From contig OZ024754.1 of assembly GCA_964016885.1 (NCBI GenBank), forward strand, positions 186,001 to 250,000: 64,000 nt of DNA, given 5' to 3'. The notes under the pieces are model-generated. The model was not told the DNA's origin. It ran no database searches and saw only the letters and a list, made by a program, of their open reading frames with translations. The translations under genes and the position numbers were made by a program. This DNA is from Eledone cirrhosa. Lineage: Eukaryota. This document shows, in pieces, positions 41,359 to 61,005 of the stretch. How positions within the stretch are numbered: position 1 is the first letter of the stretch; every line of letters begins with the position of its first letter.

Positions 41359-41935
41359 TTTCGTTTCTGAATTTGTTTAGCAAGATTCATCTGAAAACGT
41401 GTGTTGAAACCGATATTGTTATACTTTGGGAGGGTCATGTTGCCAATAAGAAACACGCGCACCAGTTGCTTTCACTTCAATTTATTATGAATTAAATTTA
41501 TAAATTTAGGAATTTATAAATTTCCGGTTGGTTGGTTGGTTCCACAACCAGGCGATTGCTCATATATTGTCAAAGTTCTTTCGTCACACATTCTGTGACC
41601 TCTTCAGTGACGGGATTCTTTTCTTTGTTTTTGTGCCTCTCCTTTGTTCTGTCCTACGCCATCTTGTTTTTGTGTGTGTTGTGTGCTTAGTTTGCGCATG
41701 TGTTACATCCGGGTGTCTGTGTGTGTTTATATTTGTTTATTTATTAAGGATAAAATTAAAACACACACACAGAACAAACAACCAACCAGTAACATGTAAA
41801 TAAACAAATAAATAAACAAATATAAACACAACCAACCGGAAATTTATAAATTCAATTTATAATAAATTGAAGTGAAAGTTACTGGTGCGTGTGTTTCTTA
41901 TTGGCAACATGACCCTCCCAAAGTATAACAATATA
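41359..41935. mobile_element. PLE family P2a pLTR-only inverted insertion
   Basis: Homologous to 22239-22640 and 23145-23393; hammerhead at 41569-41611 (-); the second arm starts at the ORF stop codon and lacks the ribozyme. Confidence 0.88.
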
Positions 41936-42896
41936 TATTTATATATGTATATATATGTATATTTGTATATGTGCTGTCGTATATATATATGTGTGTATGG
42001 TGTTGTATATATGTATATATATATATATATATGTATATGTGGTGTTTTATATATATATATATGTGTGTGTGTGTATATGTGGTGTTGTATATATGTAAAT
42101 ATATATATGTATATTTGTATATGTGCTGTCGTGTATATATATATGTGTGTGTGTGTGTATGTGTGTGTCAGTGTATATGGTGTTGTATGTATAATATATC
42201 TGTGTGTGCGAGAGAGTGAGACCTCTATCGTGTGAGTACCTGCGTGCCTGTAGGTGTGTGAGTGAGAATATTTTCGTGTGAATACGTGTATGAGTTGGTG
42301 TCGCCATGTTCGTGAGAACAAGTCTGTGTGTGTGGGCGATGATCATATGTATATGTACACGTTTGTGTGAATAGGTGTTCATGTCTGTGTATGTGTGTCC
42401 ATGTGTGTGTAAGTGCATTTCAGTGAATGTGTGTGTATGTGTGACTGAGTGAGAGAGAAAGACAGAAAGAGAGAGAGAGGGGGGGGGTCATTCGAGCGCG
42501 CGAGCGCGCGTGTGTGTGACAGAGAGAGAGAGGTGGGGTGATTCGCATGTGTGTGGTGTGTGTGTGTGTGTGTGTGAGAGAGAGGAGGGGTGGGGTCATT
42601 CGCATGTGAATGTGTGTGGTGTGTATGTGTGAGAGAGAGAGAGAAGACATGTTTCTGTGAACATGTTTGGCTGTTTGTGTGCGTGTGAATTTTTTTCTAA
42701 AAATATCGCTGGTCAACCATACGTATGTATATTTTATCTTAAACGTGTTGCTGATACCATTTAGCCGAAGGTCAACTGGGATGGAGCAGATCTATGATAA
42801 AGCAGTCTCTAGCCATGACCATCCTTCCAGACACTTATATATAAATAGATATATAGGATTACATTTTCAAATGTGTCATTCGTTATTATTTACATT

Positions 42897-43283
42897 GGTG
42901 GATTGGCAGTATTGGTAGAGGGTCGGACGCTATGCTTTGACGCATAGAGTTACGGCCCTTGCCATTCTGAGTTCGAATCCCGCCGAGGTTAACTTTGCCT
43001 TTCATCCTTACGGGGTCGATAAAATAAAGTACCAGTAATACATTGAGTAATTTGCTGGCCTTGTGCCAAAAAGTAGAAACAATTATTTAAGGGCGGTGGA
43101 TTGGCAGTATCTGTAGAGGGTCGGACGCCATGCTTTGACGCATAGTTACGTCCCTTTACGGTCTGAGTTCAAATCCCGCCGAGGTTAACTTTGCCTTTCA
43201 TCCTTACGGGGTTGATAAAATAAAGTACCAGTAATGCACTGGAGTAATTACTGGTCTTGTGCCAAATGTAGAAACAATTATTT
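42897..43283 (+). mobile_element. SINE family A head-to-tail dimer of full-length copies
   Basis: Two ~190-bp units (42897-43086, 43091-43283) with A and B boxes. Confidence 0.92.
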
Positions 43284-43407
43284 ACATTATTTTTATCTCT
43301 GTGAGATGTGATTTCGCTGTTATTTCTAGCTTCTCGACCACCTACATCAAGGCAATTTCCTTGTATGAGTGTGTATACGTGTGTGTGTTTAATTGCGTGA
43401 TTGTGTC

Positions 43408-43458
<51 letters not shown>

Positions 43459-43564
43459 CAGTATGTATATGGGTGTGTGACGATAATTGCCTGAATTCCT
43501 GTAGTTGTGTGTTGCGTGGGAAATAATTCTATAAATATCGTATAAATGGTCAAATAAGTCACTT

Positions 43565-44158
43565 TTACTGCTGCTGCTGCTGCTGCTGCTGGTGGTGGTG
43601 ATGTTGTTGTTGTTATTGTTGTTGTTATTGTTGCTGGTGGTGGTGATGTTGTTGTTGTTATTGTTGCTGGTGGTGGTGATGTTGTTGTTATTGTTGTTGT
43701 TATTGTTGCTGGTGATGTTGTTGTTGTTATTGTTGTTGTTATTGTTGCTGGTGGTGGTGATGTTGTTGTTGTTATTGTTGTTGTTATTGTTGCTGGTGGT
43801 GGTGATGTTGTTGTTGTTATTGTTGTTGTTATTGTTGCTGGTGGTGGTGATGTTGTTGTTGTTATTGTTGTTGTTATTGTTGCTGCTGGTGGTGATGTTG
43901 TTGTTGTTATTGTTGTTGTTATTGTTGCTGGTGCTGGTGATGTTGTTGTTGTTATTGTTGTTGTTATTGTTGCTGGTGGTGGTGATGTTGTTGTTGTTAT
44001 TGTTGTTGTTATTGTTGCTGGTGGTGGTGATGTTGTTGTTGTTATTGTTGTTGTTATTGTTGCTGCTGGTGGTGATGTTGTTGTTGTTATTGTTGTTGTT
44101 ATTGTTGCTGCTGGTGGTGATGTTGTTGTTGTTATTGTTGTTGTTATTGTTGCTGTTA
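43565..44158. repeat. (GTT)n-derived 45-bp higher-order repeat
   Basis: Minus-strand translation has period S-N10-ITTT. Confidence 0.9.
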
Positions 44159-44225
44159 TATAATCTCAATTTAACCCTGGACGAACAGACGACCTTCCAT
44201 CCTTTCATCACCATTTCATATATAC

Positions 44226-44298
<73 letters not shown>

Positions 44299-44414
44299 TG
44301 TATATATATATATATATATATACATATATGTATATATATATATATATATATACATATATGTATATATATATATATATATATATACATATATGTATATATA
44401 TATATGTATATATG

Positions 44415-44445
<31 letters not shown>

Positions 44446-44448
44446 GTA

Positions 44449-44532
<84 letters not shown>

Positions 44533-45089
44533 TACATATCTTTATATATATATACATATATACATATATATATATACATATATGCATATATACATACATA
44601 TATACATATCTTTATATATATATATATATACATATCTTTATATATATATATATAGAGAGAGAGAAAGAGGGGGGGGGGGGGTGGAGAGAAGAGGGCCGGG
44701 GAGACTACAAAACAGGGGAGTATTAGGATTTGAAAAGCCCTGTCGCGTCGCAGTTGGCTTTTACCCACTTCCTTCTGTCACCCCCCCCCCCCCTCACTCT
44801 CCCCCCTCCCCCTCTCTCTCTCTCTCTCTCTCTATAGAGAGAGGGAGATAGATAGATAGATAGATAGAGAGACAGAGAGAGAGAATTGCCCAGCACGGCT
44901 GACACCTATATACGTGTATTGTATGTATATATAGTATATGTATTGTGTTTTAGTGACAATATCTACTAGAGTAAAATACAGCTATTTATAGTGTTGTTGT
45001 TGTTGTTACGTAGATTAATATCTGGAGGAGATGTTTATTTGCAGAACATCTTCAATATACGTACTTCTTACGTAAGCAGAAGGCGACAC

Positions 45090-45141
<52 letters not shown>

Positions 45142-45285
45142 AACTACCCACCTACCTCCCTACCTACATTGTATTCATTCATTTATAAACACTTATCTGT
45201 CTATCTATTTATTTTTTTTATGCGTAAATCTTTTTATATATATATACCCATCTATCCTACTACGAATTTCTCTATTTACCTAAGC

Positions 45286-45321
<36 letters not shown>

Positions 45322-45929
45322 TGGCAAGGTGTATGTTAAGAAACAACCGGCAGAAATACAAGAATAGACGAATAAATGCGACACAGAGATGGTGGATGGT
45401 GACATGTAGAGGATCAAACAACCATATCCGAATGGCTAAATGTGAAAAGAAGGGATGCGGCCCAGCCCCCTTAGAATGTAAGAAATTAAAGGCTGAAACA
45501 CTTGCTTGGGGGTTGGGATGGATGGATATGAAGCATATTTGTAAATGATTGCAGTTAGACAAAATAGAGTCCTCCCCGTCTATAACTCTGTATCTTCTTT
45601 AGAAAAGCTAGAAGTGATATTAATGAGTAATTAAAAGATATTTGATAAACAATCAATTAAACAAACAAACAAACAAAAAAGGATATTTGATTAACATTTT
45701 CCCCTCACATAAATTCAACCATGTTTCAACGAAAATAATAGTTATTTTCTCTTGTATAAAATTGTCCCAGAAAGAAAACATTTTACAAAGAAGTCCTCAT
45801 TCCCCCAGCTACATTAAAATAGTCCACCTGTCATTGAGAACAATTCAAAATTGACCCCTAAATATGTCTTGCTTCCTTAAGATAATGTTATATAAACAGC
45901 CCTCTAAATATGTCTTGCCTCCTTAAGAT

Positions 45930-46109
45930 AATTGTTTCTACTTTTGGCACAAAGCCAGCAATAAACCAGTGTATTACTGGTACTTTATTTTATGGACCCC
46001 GTAAGGATGAAAGGCAAAGTTAACCTCGGCGGGATTTGAACTCAGAATAGCAAGGGCCGTAACTCTATGCGTCAAAGCATGGCGTCCGACCCTCTACCCA
46101 TACTGCCAA
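45930..46109 (-). mobile_element. SINE family A, near full length
   Basis: Reverse complement of the 42897 unit. Confidence 0.9.
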
Positions 46110-47427
46110 AATCTTATATACATACAACCCTCTAAATAAGCCTTAAGATGATGTTATACACCAAATGATGGTAATCCTAAATCCTATATTGAATTTATTA
46201 GTACATTTACTCATTCAGATATAAAAATAGAATCAACAAACACACACTCTCTCTCTCTCTCTCTTTCTGTCTCTCTCTCTCTCTCTGTCTCTCTGTCTCC
46301 CCCCTCTCTCTCTCTCTCTCTGTCTCCCCTTCTCTCTACCTGCCCCTCTGCCCCCCCTCTCTGCCTGTCTCTCTGTCTCCCCCCCCCATCTCTCAGACTA
46401 CGTGAGGTTACAGAAGTTAAAGTGAAGATGTCGCTGTAGACAGAACAGCTAACTATACACCGCAGCCCGGTATATCAATTAGTGCTGAGTTCTGTGGAAT
46501 GTTTTCATCCTAACAGAAGAGCCATAGACACAGAATTTAAGGGATAACATTTGGAGTCAATGCAATGAGAGAGTGAAATTCCTGCTAAAACCCTTTCTAT
46601 TGCCGACTAAATAATATATAAAAGATGTTTCTCGTTGGCGAAATTTTCGTTTGTAAAAAAAAAAAAAAAAAAAAAATTATCTTTACATTATTTTCATTTT
46701 TTAAAATATATTTATAACGCAAGGACTTTCTTCAATTACAAACATATTTCATGTTTGTGTGTGAATAGATGTATATAAATATATATACACCTGTATAGTC
46801 ACACACACATATAGGTAGAGATAAATAGATAGACAAGTATATATATATATATAGAGAGAGAGAGAGGGGGGGGGGGGGGGTGATAGATAGATAAATATCT
46901 CCATTTTGCACTTTTCTAGAGAAAAATCTATGGCACAATTAGTTTTCTGTCCAAAAGAATTCTTGTCCCTGCCTATACAAACATTACTCGACCTTAACCT
47001 ACTTTGATGTCCCCTAGAAATATAATTGTAAACTACATAACTGACACAAGCTCTGATCTTCAAATCTTCAACATTTATATTTGTTTACGTTTTTTTCAAG
47101 ATTTCGTCTCAATCGCCGAAAGAAATTCTACTAATTGGATAGAATATAGTCCCTCTTATCGAGTCTATGAAAACAATACAAAACTAAAGAAAAAATTGAA
47201 GATACATTTCAAAATAAGAAAAGTACTTCTAAATAAATAACTAGTTTATACTAGAGGTTTGTTACTACCTCAAATATAACTTTTACAAATCACCTTAATA
47301 ATTTCTTTTAAAAATTTAGTTTTAAAGTTATAAGTGCTTGTAAATATATATATGAGAATATATAACCTATATGAATATATGTATACTTATATATATACAC
47401 ACACACACATACATACACACACACACT

Positions 47428-48036
47428 CCGGGAGGATGAAAGGCAAAGGCGATTAAATCGACCCCAGTGCATTAGTTGTTTTTTTTTATTTTGTCAATCC
47501 TGGAAGAATGAAATGCAAAGCTAACCGTGGTGTGATTTGAACTCAGAACGTAAAGGGCCATAACTAAATGCTGAAAATTATTTTGTCTTACATTCTAAAC
47601 ATTCTCTAATATTGGTTTCTGATTTAGGCACAAGTCCAGCAATTTTGTGGGGAGGGGAAAATCGATTAAATTCGACCCCAGTGTGTTACTGGTACTTTAT
47701 TTTATCGACCACGTGAGGATGAAAGGCAAAGCTAACCTCGGTGGCATTTGAACTCAGAACGTAAAGGGCCGTAGATCTTTGTCACTAAGCAGGGTGTATG
47801 ACACTCTACCGATACTGCTCCACCAATCCATCGCCTTCTAATAATAATTGTTTCTCCTTTTGGCACAAGGCCAGCAATTACCCAGTGTATTACTGGTACT
47901 TTATTTTATCGACCCCATAAGGATGAAAGGCAAAGTTATCCTCGGCGGGATTTGAACTCAGACCATAAAGGGCCGTAACTCTATGCTGCAAGGCATGGTG
48001 TCTGACCCTCTATCGATACTGCCAATCCACCGCCCT
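47428..48036 (-). mobile_element. Tandem cluster of three SINE family A copies
   Basis: Units at about 47428-47605, 47610-47838 and 47845-48036. Confidence 0.88.
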
Positions 48037-49221
48037 CTAATAATAATAATGCTTCACTTGGTTTAGTCTGAAACAGAACTACTTTAAGTTTCATTTATTT
48101 TTGTTGTTATATTTTCTTTATTTTTAGTATCAATTACAGTTATTTCATTTCATCGAGACACTTATAACGCTTATTTCTTTCATTCAACTTGCCGCTTCGA
48201 TAAACTAACATACATCTTGGTACGCGATTGATTTAGTACCGTTTGATTTGACATATTGATCAATGGTAACACTTCCTGATATTTACCAGTATTTTCTTTG
48301 AACTGGTTCCAGTAATTTTCATTCCAGACATATTATATTATATATTTCTTTTAATTCACCTTTCTGTTAGCTACTCAGATATATTTACATTTATAAATAT
48401 ACATAAGATCTGTCCTGTTTAGTCCGTAATTCCCTTGATAATATGCTTACTAGCTACAATTCTTCCAGGTACGAGGACATCTAATATCTTTTTTTCACAT
48501 ACTGGTACATAACTTAAATCTACTGATCTCACTCAATGCCCTACAATTAATTATTACATAAACTCGCCGCTATTAAGCCTGTAGTTCTTCTTTCAATAAT
48601 TTATATAGATATGAAACTAATATACAGTTGACAAATGAACCCGTGTCACCAATAATGACAGTAATAGCATTGAACGTCGTTGATTTTTGGAGGATTGCCG
48701 GATATACGAACAATTAAACTGGGCAATTTACGTCAGGATGAATTAATGGATTGTTTAAGAGAAACCCTATGGCTAATGTCCATTACTGGAAGTGACCAAC
48801 GATACGAATATAGGAACTTTTTTCTAAGATATAGTTACATAAATGTTCAGCATATTTGTACAATTGACATATGTGGTTAAATGTACATATAACTTTGGGG
48901 AAATAACTATTTATAGGGACAAATGTAGGATTAGAACGGAGGACCTTGTGTTTAGAAAGAGAATTTATTAGTGCAGCAACTTGACAGAGATGGGAAATGA
49001 ATTGTGTGTTTGTATATATGTATGTATATATGTTTGTGTGTATGTTTGTGTATATGCTTGTGTATATGTTTGTGTGTTGATTATAAAGAGCTACAGACAG
49101 TGTTTTTCATACATATATAAATATTTCTCAACTGTTATATTTCCTCTTTAATGTACCATGGTATATTAACCATTGCTGTAATTCTGCTAAAGTCCTAATA
49201 GTTTCTATTGAAATTATTCCG

Positions 49222-49449
49222 TGAAGACAACACCCTGTCATATATGTAACTCAGAACTATCCTAACCAGTGAGGGCACCACCCTGTCATATATGTAACTC
49301 AGAACTATCCTAACCAGTGAAGGCAACACCCTGTCATATATGTAACTCAGAACTATCCTAACCAGTGAAGGCAACACCCTGTCATATATGTAACTCAGAA
49401 CTATCCTAACCAGTGAAGGCAACACCCTGTCATATATGTAACTCAGAAC
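49222..49449. repeat. 48-bp tandem repeat, about 4.7 units
   Basis: CAACACCCTGTCATATATGTAACTCAGAACTATCCTAACCAGTGAAGG. Confidence 0.95.
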
Positions 49450-50163
49450 CTACCCAAACAATTTCTCTTTAATCAGACTTAGTATACACTGACAAATTAA
49501 CTAATAAATCTGTCTAACAATCGTACAAGGATAGCAATTTGTGGGACGTGGGAAAACGATTATGTTAACCCCCGGTACATAACTGGTATGGTATTTTAGG
49601 GACCATCGAAAGATAAAAGAAAAAGTTTACCTCGGCGGGATTTGAGACAAATTAAGTAATAGTGATTTATACATTAGGCGCAAGTCCAGATATTTGGGGG
49701 AGCAAAACATCGAATATTTCAATCCCAGTACTTAACTGGTACTTTATTTTATCGACACAAATAATATGTAAATAATAATAATATGCAAGTAAATGTATAT
49801 GTATACTTCAAGATGGTATAATAGCCTAGAGTTCCTTAAAAAAAAACACGACAGAAACCATCGATCTTAGTAATTAGTATCAATCACCAATTATCGATTT
49901 TAGTAGTAAGCATCTTAAGACTGATTTCCGTCATCGGTAAGGTTAGGTCTCCTCTCTCTATATATGTAATCGATATCTCGGACTTCTACAAAGCACTGAG
50001 AAGACAAATTTCATATAAAGAATGATGTGTTCATGTGCGGAGATATAGCTTATAAAATAGGGTGAAGACTCTTAAAGACGGAAAAAGAAGTTGCCATTGG
50101 CCGCTATGAGGAATCAAACCTCGTATCTCCCATAACCATCTAACCAAGGGAGCGTGATCCCCC

Positions 50164-50258
<95 letters not shown>

Positions 50259-50464
50259 TAAATATACATATATAAATATACATATATATATATATATGTG
50301 TGTGTATGTATGTATGTTTAGTCAATGCATTAATCCAGCTTGTTGGAATATATCACATAAGGTATCCATTCTCCCTTAAGCATGAACCGTCTTTGAAATT
50401 GAAATCCATTTTTGTATATCTAGATACATACATAAATACACCCACACTCACACACTCACAAACA

Positions 50465-55338
<4,874 letters not shown>

Positions 55339-55464
55339 ACACGCCATTATAAAGTGGATAGATTACTTAATGCGGAAGTCGGTTTCTAAGATGAGATGTT
55401 CTACGGAAACGTTACCCGCTTCAAAGGGATACTGAAGTCACAGCTATCACAGAAATGATAATCG

Positions 55465-55579
<115 letters not shown>

Positions 55580-55814
55580 CGTGTGCTGTGCTCACAATAC
55601 AATAAGACACACTTACACAAACAAACAATTTCACACATGTGCAGCCAAAATAAATTCCACATACAGAATATCAGACATAAAGCCATTTACAAGATTCCAT
55701 TAGAATATGTTAAACCATGTTTATAAATATACACTAACTAGATGCCTTCCCCTCACACCCCCTCACACACAACCTCTCGTCTCTCTAGCTGTCAATCTTT
55801 CTCTTTCTCTCTGT

Positions 55815-56070
55815 AAGGGTGTTGGACTTACGATCATAATGTCGTGGGTTCGATTCCTGGGTTGTGTGTTGTGTTCTTCAGCAAAACACTCCATTTCGCG
55901 TTGCTTCAGTATACTCAGCTGAAAAAAGGAGTACCAGCAATAGCTGGGGGTTAACCTTGCATTAGATTGGCCTCTTGTCCAGGGGGAAGTCTTGCACTCT
56001 CAGTCGCTTCATGCCATGGAGACCAAGATGAGCATCGCTCTGCTGAGCTTCCAGGCTCGAAACAGACTTC
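55815..56070 (+). mobile_element. tRNA-derived SINE family C with CORE-like and V-domain-like segments
   Basis: Box B GGTTCGATTCC; tgtgttcttcagcaaaacact; gggggttaaccttgcattagattggcctcttgtccagggg; agtcgcttcatgcc. Confidence 0.65.
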
Positions 56071-56393
56071 TAAAACCTGTGTCCAGTACTCAATACAAAT
56101 CTTTGATTGCAAGGTGAAGCCATGTCGACGATAAGGAGAGAAAATGACTGATATCTAGTATCGTGTGGGAGCACAGAGTATAAACACGAGAAATAAGAGA
56201 GGGGGTGGGAGAGGGGGGAGGGGGGAAGGAGAGAGGGAGATGGGTGGGTGGGGAGTTTCTTGTCACGTGTGCCACTCGTGGTTTACTATTTGTTTACTAT
56301 TACATAATGATTATGTAAGAATAATGTTCTATTCTTGACTCGACAGATGACTGTAAACATTGACTGAGAAACCCACACGTGAGCAAACAAATA

Positions 56394-56481
<88 letters not shown>

Positions 56482-56773
56482 TAAAATATCAGAGAACCAT
56501 GAAGACGCTTGCAACATTGATTATGGTAGAATGTTTGTTGACATGACGAACATAAACACTGATTGTTAAAAAGAAGTTTTTTTTTAACAGACGCTGTTTA
56601 TAGTCGTCTGGGGAGGTCGTGACGTATGGAGCCACAACCTTTCGTTACATAACGATTATATAATCTTGAATGGTGTTTAGCTGGATCAATAGTGAAACAC
56701 GTTTATCGAAAATGAACATGTGTTAAAATACCTTACCCTCTCTTTCTCCCCCCTCTCTCTCTCTATATATATA

Positions 56774-56829
<56 letters not shown>

Positions 56830-56895
56830 CAACCGACATGGTCGCATTCTTTAAGAGTATGTCAATATTTGTTTATAAAGCTGATCTATATTATA

Positions 56896-56956
56896 TTTTA
56901 TCTGATGAAAGTGCACCATAATTTGCTTTGGTGTCCTTGAAATATGTATAATGAAA
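56896..56956 (+). ncRNA. Minimal type I hammerhead ribozyme motif
   Basis: TTTTAT-CTGATGA-AAGTGCACCA..TGGTGTCCTT-GAAA-TATGTA-TA-ATGAAA. Confidence 0.6.
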
Positions 56957-57300
56957 TAAATATGGTTTTATAAATATAGTTTACATTTGTTAATATATTA
57001 TATATATATATATATGTATAATTTTATTCCTGGAAAACACAATACATATTCAATGGCCCAGATTCATCATCAGAATATGGTGCAAGACCCAGGTGATTTC
57101 ATCAAGTCTTAATTGCACAATTAGTTATATAAGAGAACAGGATTTTGGCAAACACAACCAGAATAGAAAATAGAAAATAAAGGACCAATTTTGTTTTGGA
57201 GAAGGCCTGCCGAATCCGAGTTATTGTGATGGCAGGTTTGAAATATATATAATAAAATAAATAGGGTTTTATAAATATAGTTTAAAATTTATTAATATAT

Positions 57301-57369
<69 letters not shown>

Positions 57370-57374
<5 letters not shown>

Positions 57375-57568
57375 AACCAGTAAGACCCCGACAGCTGAGC
57401 TCAAGCCGTTTCGACGGCTAATTCTGGACTAGTCCAGAATTAGCCGTCGAAACGGCTTGAGCTCAGCTGTCGGGGTCTTACTGGTTCCTATTACCCACTC
57501 TACTACCTCAAGTATTGAGTACTTTGGTGCGTTATGGTCCACCTGGTTCCTTACCACATTTCCTTCGT

Positions 57569-57569
<1 letters not shown>
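57370..57569 (+). mobile_element. Fold-back PLE-type element family P1 with a perfect 122-bp palindrome
   Basis: 57370-57491 is self-reverse-complementary, centred on ACTAGT; the tail is as in the 2189 copy. Confidence 0.8.
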
Positions 57570-57601
<32 letters not shown>

Positions 57602-57602
57602 T

Positions 57603-58020
<418 letters not shown>

Positions 58021-58047
58021 ATATATATATTTATATATATATATATT

Positions 58048-58287
<240 letters not shown>

Positions 58288-58295
58288 TATATATG

Positions 58296-58354
<59 letters not shown>

Positions 58355-58635
58355 CAAACACATATATATATATACATAAATACGTACATAAATACATACA
58401 CGCACAGACACATTATAAACAATAGCTATAACAACAACAACAACGACACCACCATTAAGAACATCAACCATAACAACAATAACAACAATAGCAACAATAA
58501 AAAAAGATCTGTCTAGGCATCCACCTTTGCTAGTATCAGCAGCAGCTGCATCACAAGTGTCAGCAGCAGCAGTTGGTGCACCAATAACAACAGCAGCAGC
58601 ACCACCTCCAGCAGTAGGTAACCCCCCCCTAACTC

Positions 58636-60050
58636 GACTACAACCACCATCATCACCACCGCCACCACGACCACTACAGCCACCACCACCACTACACCAC
58701 CACCACCACTACTACACCATCACCACCGCCACCACGACCACTACAGTCACCACCACCACTACACCACCACCACCACTACTACACCACCACCACCACTACA
58801 CCATCACCACTACACCACCACCACCACCACTACACCATCACCACCGCCACCACGACCACTACAGTCACCACCACCACTACACCACCACCACTACACCATC
58901 ACCACCGCCACCACGACCACTACAGTCACCACCACCACTACACCACCACCACTACACCACCACCACCACTACTACACCACCACCACCACTACACCATCAC
59001 CACTACACCATCACCACCACCACTACACCACCACCACCACTACACCACCACCACTACACCACCACCACTACACCACCACCACTACCACTACACCACCACC
59101 ACCACTACACCACCACTACACCACCACTACCACCACCACTACACCACCACCACTACCACTACACCACCACCACCACTACACCACCACTACAACACCACCA
59201 CCACCACCACTACAACACCACCACCACTACACCACCACCACTACACCACCACCGCTACACCACCACTACACCACCACTACAACACCAACACCACCACCAC
59301 CACCACTACACCACCACCACTACACCACCACCACTACACCACCACCACCACTACACCATCACCACCACCATCACCACCACTACAGCCACCACCACCACTA
59401 CACCACCACCACCACTACACCACCACCACTACACCACCACCACCACGACTACACCACCACCACCACCATCACGACTACACCACCATCACCACCACTACAC
59501 CACGACCACCACTACACCACCACCACCACTACACCATCACCACTACACCATCACCACCACCACTACACCACCACCACTACACCACCACTACCACTACACC
59601 ACCACCACCACTACACCACTACCACTACACCACCACCACCACTACACCACCACTACACCACCACCACTACACCACCACTACAACACCACCACCACCACCA
59701 CTACAACACCACTACACCACCACCACTACACCACCACCACTACACCACCACCACTACACCACCACCACTACACCACCACCACTACACCACCACCACTACA
59801 CCACCACCACCACTACACTACCACCACCACCACTACACCACCACCACTACACCACCACCACCACCACCACCACTACAACACCACCACCACCACCACCACT
59901 ACACCACCACCACTACACCACCACCACCACCACCACCACCACTACACCACCACTACAACACCACCACCACCACCACTACAACACTACCACCACCACCACT
60001 ACACCACCACCACCACCACCACCACCACCACCACCACCAGCAGCAGCAGC
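58636..60050. repeat. (CCA/CTA/ACA)n low-complexity array
   Basis: Read directly. Confidence 0.92.
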
Positions 60051-60889
60051 TTCCAGACTTGTTTATCTCTCAACTAAGATGTAAACAATTTTAAGATATC
60101 ACTCCATTACTAATTATTATTTTGTTTTTGTTACGTTACCCGTGTGTCCCCCTCCATGACACACACACACACACACATTTACACAGACACACACACATAT
60201 ATATGTGTGTGTCTGTGTGTAAATATATATTTACACACAGACACACACACATATATATTTACACACACACACACATATCTATATATATATATTTAGACAC
60301 ACAAACATACATACACACATGTATCTATGTATATATATATATATACATATACAGACACACACACATATTTACTCAGACACACACACACTCACACACGCTC
60401 ACACACATGTATCTATAATGTATGCATATGTGGCCGAGTGTTTATCATCTACATTCACACACACAAACACCCACAAACACACATACTCATACACATGCAC
60501 ATACACAAGCACAAAGACACTCTCTCTGTCTCTCTCACTCACACACTCACACTCACACACACACATTCACGTGTATAGCGTAGAACATAATTAGACGGTG
60601 TAATGTCAGTGTGATTAAGGCGTCAAGTTCAACAACCTTCGATCTTCGATCTGGCTTACTACCTTTTCAGTTCAAATTCCAGCCCAAATCAACTTTATCT
60701 TTCATCCTTTCGCAGTCGATAAATAAAGTACCGGTTCATTACTATGGTTGGTTCTTCTACTCTCTCTCTCTCTCTCTCTCTGGAAGAAATCGGCTGTATT
60801 CTGACATGGAGAGAGATTTTATACCTTGGGTTCCTCCAAGGTATAAAATGACCAAGACCAAATGGATTCACAATCGGAACGGGTGATAG

Positions 60890-61005
60890 TTATGTCCTTG
60901 CTCAAGACACTTTATTTCACGTTGTTCTTTCTGGCAGGAGTTGTGACCGACAGATAGTATCAGCAATGGAAAAACCAATGGAAATATTGTTTCCTTGATC
61001 CTATC
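60890..61005 (+). mobile_element. SINE family B, 5'-truncated
   Basis: Matches 25915-26025. Confidence 0.75.

Noticed and set aside
49195-49425. 16-aa repeat ORF
   Set aside because: Translation of the 48-bp tandem repeat; no splice or start context.
58517-60077. 516-aa Pro/His/Thr-rich protein, or a 101-nt exon at 58517-58617
   Set aside because: The ORF is a (CCA)n array; the candidate exon has a poor polypyrimidine tract and low-complexity content.
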